From: Methanobacteriota archaeon
Lineage (GTDB): Archaea; Halobacteriota; Bog-38; Methanoflorentales; Methanoflorentaceae
Direction: 5' to 3'
Length of the DNA stretch: 64,000 bases
Assembly: GCA_963748445.1 (NCBI GenBank)
Contig: CAVVIU010000004.1
Coordinates: forward strand, 46,390-110,389
Of the stretch, positions 62,105 to 64,000 are shown piece after piece. The translations under genes and the position numbers were made by a program. Position 1 is the stretch's first letter. Each line of letters starts with the position of its first letter. The notes under the pieces are model-generated. The model was not told the DNA's origin. It was given only the letters and a program-made list of their open reading frames with translations, and did not search any database.

Positions 62105-62836
62105 CTAAAAAGGACATAGCGAGTAGTTACTGTTACAAGAGTCGTAATGCTGGTAGTACGCGTCTATAATACTTTGTCCTGCTAGGAATACAACGTCATT
62201 CCTTTTCGCGTACGCAATTGAGTCCTCCTTACTAAGCGCCTTTCCTGTTTCCGCATCGAGCATTTCACATACGACCATAGCAGGGTTTACTTCAGCCATT
62301 TCAGCTAAGGCTATTGAAAGTTCTGTTTGACCTCGTCTTTCTCGCACGAGCCGTTCAGCAGCTCTTAGAACAGGCACGTGCCCCGGCGATCTAAAGTGCT
62401 TTCCAAAATCAACTGAATTCATATTTATTGCCCTTTCAACAGTCTTTCCAAGCTCGGTTATGGTTAAGGCGCGATCTATATCGGTTATGCCTGTCCGAAC
62501 TCCCCGATGATTTACCCATATGGAAAACGACGATCGATTATCATATGCGAGGTCTCCTGGCCGTTCACAAATTGATTTGAGCTTAAATCCACTCCCATTT
62601 GAACTAGCTAACTGTAGGATATCAGACATAAACGGCAAGCAAATCCGTTCTGCAGCTTTAGGATGTACCGCTACACAAATTAATCCACCTGCCTCGACTC
62701 TCATTCGAGCAATGTCTTTTGGTGTTACTGATGTGGCGGGCATGACCATATCAGTTTCTCCTTCTCTGTCGTCAAAATCATAAATCAAAATCATTTGCCC
62801 ATGTTTGATAGATTTTATCGCGTCCGAAATGCTCAC
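62105..62836 (-). CDS. ribB: 3,4-dihydroxy-2-butanone 4-phosphate synthase
   Basis: GQMILIYDFDDREGETDMVMPA, GGLICVAV, RSPGHVPVLRA, GQTELSIALAEMA. Confidence 0.9.
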   Translation of the reverse strand: MSISDAIKSIKHGQMILIYDFDDREGETDMVMPATSVTPKDIARMRVEAGGLICVAVHPKAAERICLPFMSDILQLASSNGSGFKLKSICERPGDLAYDNRSSFSIWVNHRGVRTGITDIDRALTITELGKTVERAINMNSVDFGKHFRSPGHVPVLRAAERLVRERRGQTELSIALAEMAEVNPAMVVCEMLDAETGKALSKEDSIAYAKRNDVVFLAGQSIIDAYYQHYDSCNSNYSLCPF

Positions 62837-63477
62837 GTTTTAACCACCTTTATTAAATCACTATTGTCCTTACCGAGTGTTTGTTTAATAGAAACTGGGG
62901 CGATTATTTCTACCACATCGTTGTGGTAATGAGATCGATCGGGGATTATTATTGCCCCGTGAATTCCCTCAATAACCGTCGAATAACAATTGATGCCACC
63001 ATATGTGCGATTGCGCCTCTTGAAGCCCGATATGCGCACGGGCTCGATCTCAATTAATCTCGTTCGAGCTGCAATACTCTCCCGATCAAGTTTAACGTTT
63101 AGAGTGCCCGCGTATGGCGAGAAGCCAAGTTTGTCTTCTATCTGCTTTGTGTACCCCCGTAAGCTGAGGTAGTACTTTCCTTCTCCCAAGCCGGAAATTA
63201 TACTGCCGATTAACTCAATAGTGCCCCCGCTTTCAAAAATAGATTTATATTCTAAGTATTCGTCCCTTAAAACGGAGGCTCCTTTATCCGTTATTTTCAC
63301 CGCCTGCGATCTACCTAAAAGATTACGTGAAATTAAGCCCTTGTCATCAAGTTCTTTAAACCTGCGAGAGGCCGTCATAGGACTCGTTTTGAGCTTTTCG
63401 GCAAACTCGTTCACTGAAATCTTTATGGGTTTATACATAGCGCCAAGAAGCGCTAAACGAAGAAGAGGGCTTTTCAT
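62833..63477 (-). CDS. ribK: CTP-dependent riboflavin kinase fused to an N-terminal winged-helix domain (RbkR-type regulator/kinase)
   Basis: From the internal ATG: the wHTH SVNEFAEKLKTSPMTASRRFKELDDKGLI, then the kinase core GSIISGLGEGKYYLSL...FSPYAGTLNVKL...GAIIIPDRSHY. It has a 4-nt overlap with ribB. Confidence 0.8.
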   Translation of the reverse strand: MKSPLLRLALLGAMYKPIKISVNEFAEKLKTSPMTASRRFKELDDKGLISRNLLGRSQAVKITDKGASVLRDEYLEYKSIFESGGTIELIGSIISGLGEGKYYLSLRGYTKQIEDKLGFSPYAGTLNVKLDRESIAARTRLIEIEPVRISGFKRRNRTYGGINCYSTVIEGIHGAIIIPDRSHYHNDVVEIIAPVSIKQTLGKDNSDLIKVVKT

Positions 63478-63488
63478 AGAGACCTTTA

Positions 63489-63517
63489 ATGATATATCAT
63501 ATTTGATATATTTATCA
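63489..63517 (-). promoter_or_regulatory. two TGATA..TATCA inverted repeats 12-40 nt upstream of the rbkR start (candidate operator and/or TATA region)
   Basis: ATGATATATCAT (63489-63500) is a perfect 12-bp palindrome. TGATAtattTATCA (63504-63517) is a second copy with a 4-nt spacer. Confidence 0.3.
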
Positions 63518-64000
63518 TTATTGAAAAATAGTATTTTAAACTGTTGGTAATTTTCTAACGCAACGTACTGAATCATCTTCAACGAAGTAAAGGATACGTT
63601 GACTTAATTCAGCTTAATATATTAACAATACAGAAATTACATCAAGCTCTGCTATTTAACGAGCGATTTCGCTCTTCTTAAAATATCAGCTTAGTTCAGA
63701 AGAGATTACATTTATAATAATAGTTAAGTGGAGACGTTACCTTCGTATCTCGCATCACTGTTTTGTACCATTTATTCAAAGCTCTTTAATTAGTTGCTGT
63801 TACATGTTTTTAACTGGCTCAGGTAGACTTATTATATATCGGGACACTACTAAGTATATATAATATGCAGCGTTTGCGCGAGGCATATTCGTACATAAAA
63901 TTTTTGTTGTAATCACGCACGTTACATCTTACTAGTCACATACACGCCTGGTGGGGCTTACTACTAACAAAGTCCAAGAAATATGAAATGAACTAACAAA

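Noticed and set aside
63478-63582. 5' extension of the rbkR ORF (249-aa version)
   Set aside because: The first 35 codons are AT-rich, low-complexity (NYQQFKILFFNNDKYIKYDI) and contain the palindromic promoter-like DNA. The internal ATG gives the expected wHTH + kinase length.

Overview
This window is a densely packed archaeal chromosomal core region, roughly 40% G+C by eye. I count about 68 protein genes. I found no rRNA, tRNA, CRISPR array or recognisable mobile element.

Content:
- Riboflavin genes sit at both ends: ribH-ribC at 0.4-1.3 kb and the rbkR/ribK-ribB pair at 62-63.5 kb.
- The first third holds purE, thiC, a short MetE-like protein, NMD3, MCM, an archaeosortase / PS-decarboxylase / archaetidylserine-synthase operon, and TFS.
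- The archaeal CoA route is present (phosphopantothenate synthetase, pantoate kinase, CoaBC), followed by argH-gatD-gatE and a LeuA/CimA-type synthase.
- The conserved archaeal exosome / proteasome / RNase P superoperon runs from L15e to prefoldin beta at 31.3-38.6 kb.
- The remainder holds IleRS, NikR, gap-pgk, class I LysRS, an M50 site-2 protease and an archaeal-type PEP carboxylase.
- The gene set says archaeon. A finer lineage assignment would be a guess.

I see no convincing novel multi-gene system (defence, secretion, secondary metabolism and the like). This is ordinary housekeeping DNA.

The one strongly unusual property is that about a quarter of the genes, many of them essential, are broken.
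- About 18 breaks are single extra nucleotides.
- 2-3 breaks are missing nucleotides, and there is one in-frame TAG.
- In each case, skipping or adding one base restores a full-length conserved protein.
- The most economical explanation is indel error in the sequence. Real pseudogenisation or recoding cannot be excluded from the sequence alone.

Secondary observations:
- The artA-psd-pssA operon.
- Palindromes upstream of rbkR.
- Two ORF-free gaps of about 0.8-1 kb, one with an ACGTTT motif cluster.
- A short alkaline-phosphatase-superfamily protein next to gap-pgk that looks circularly permuted.

All protein family calls are from my reading of the supplied translations. No database search was run.
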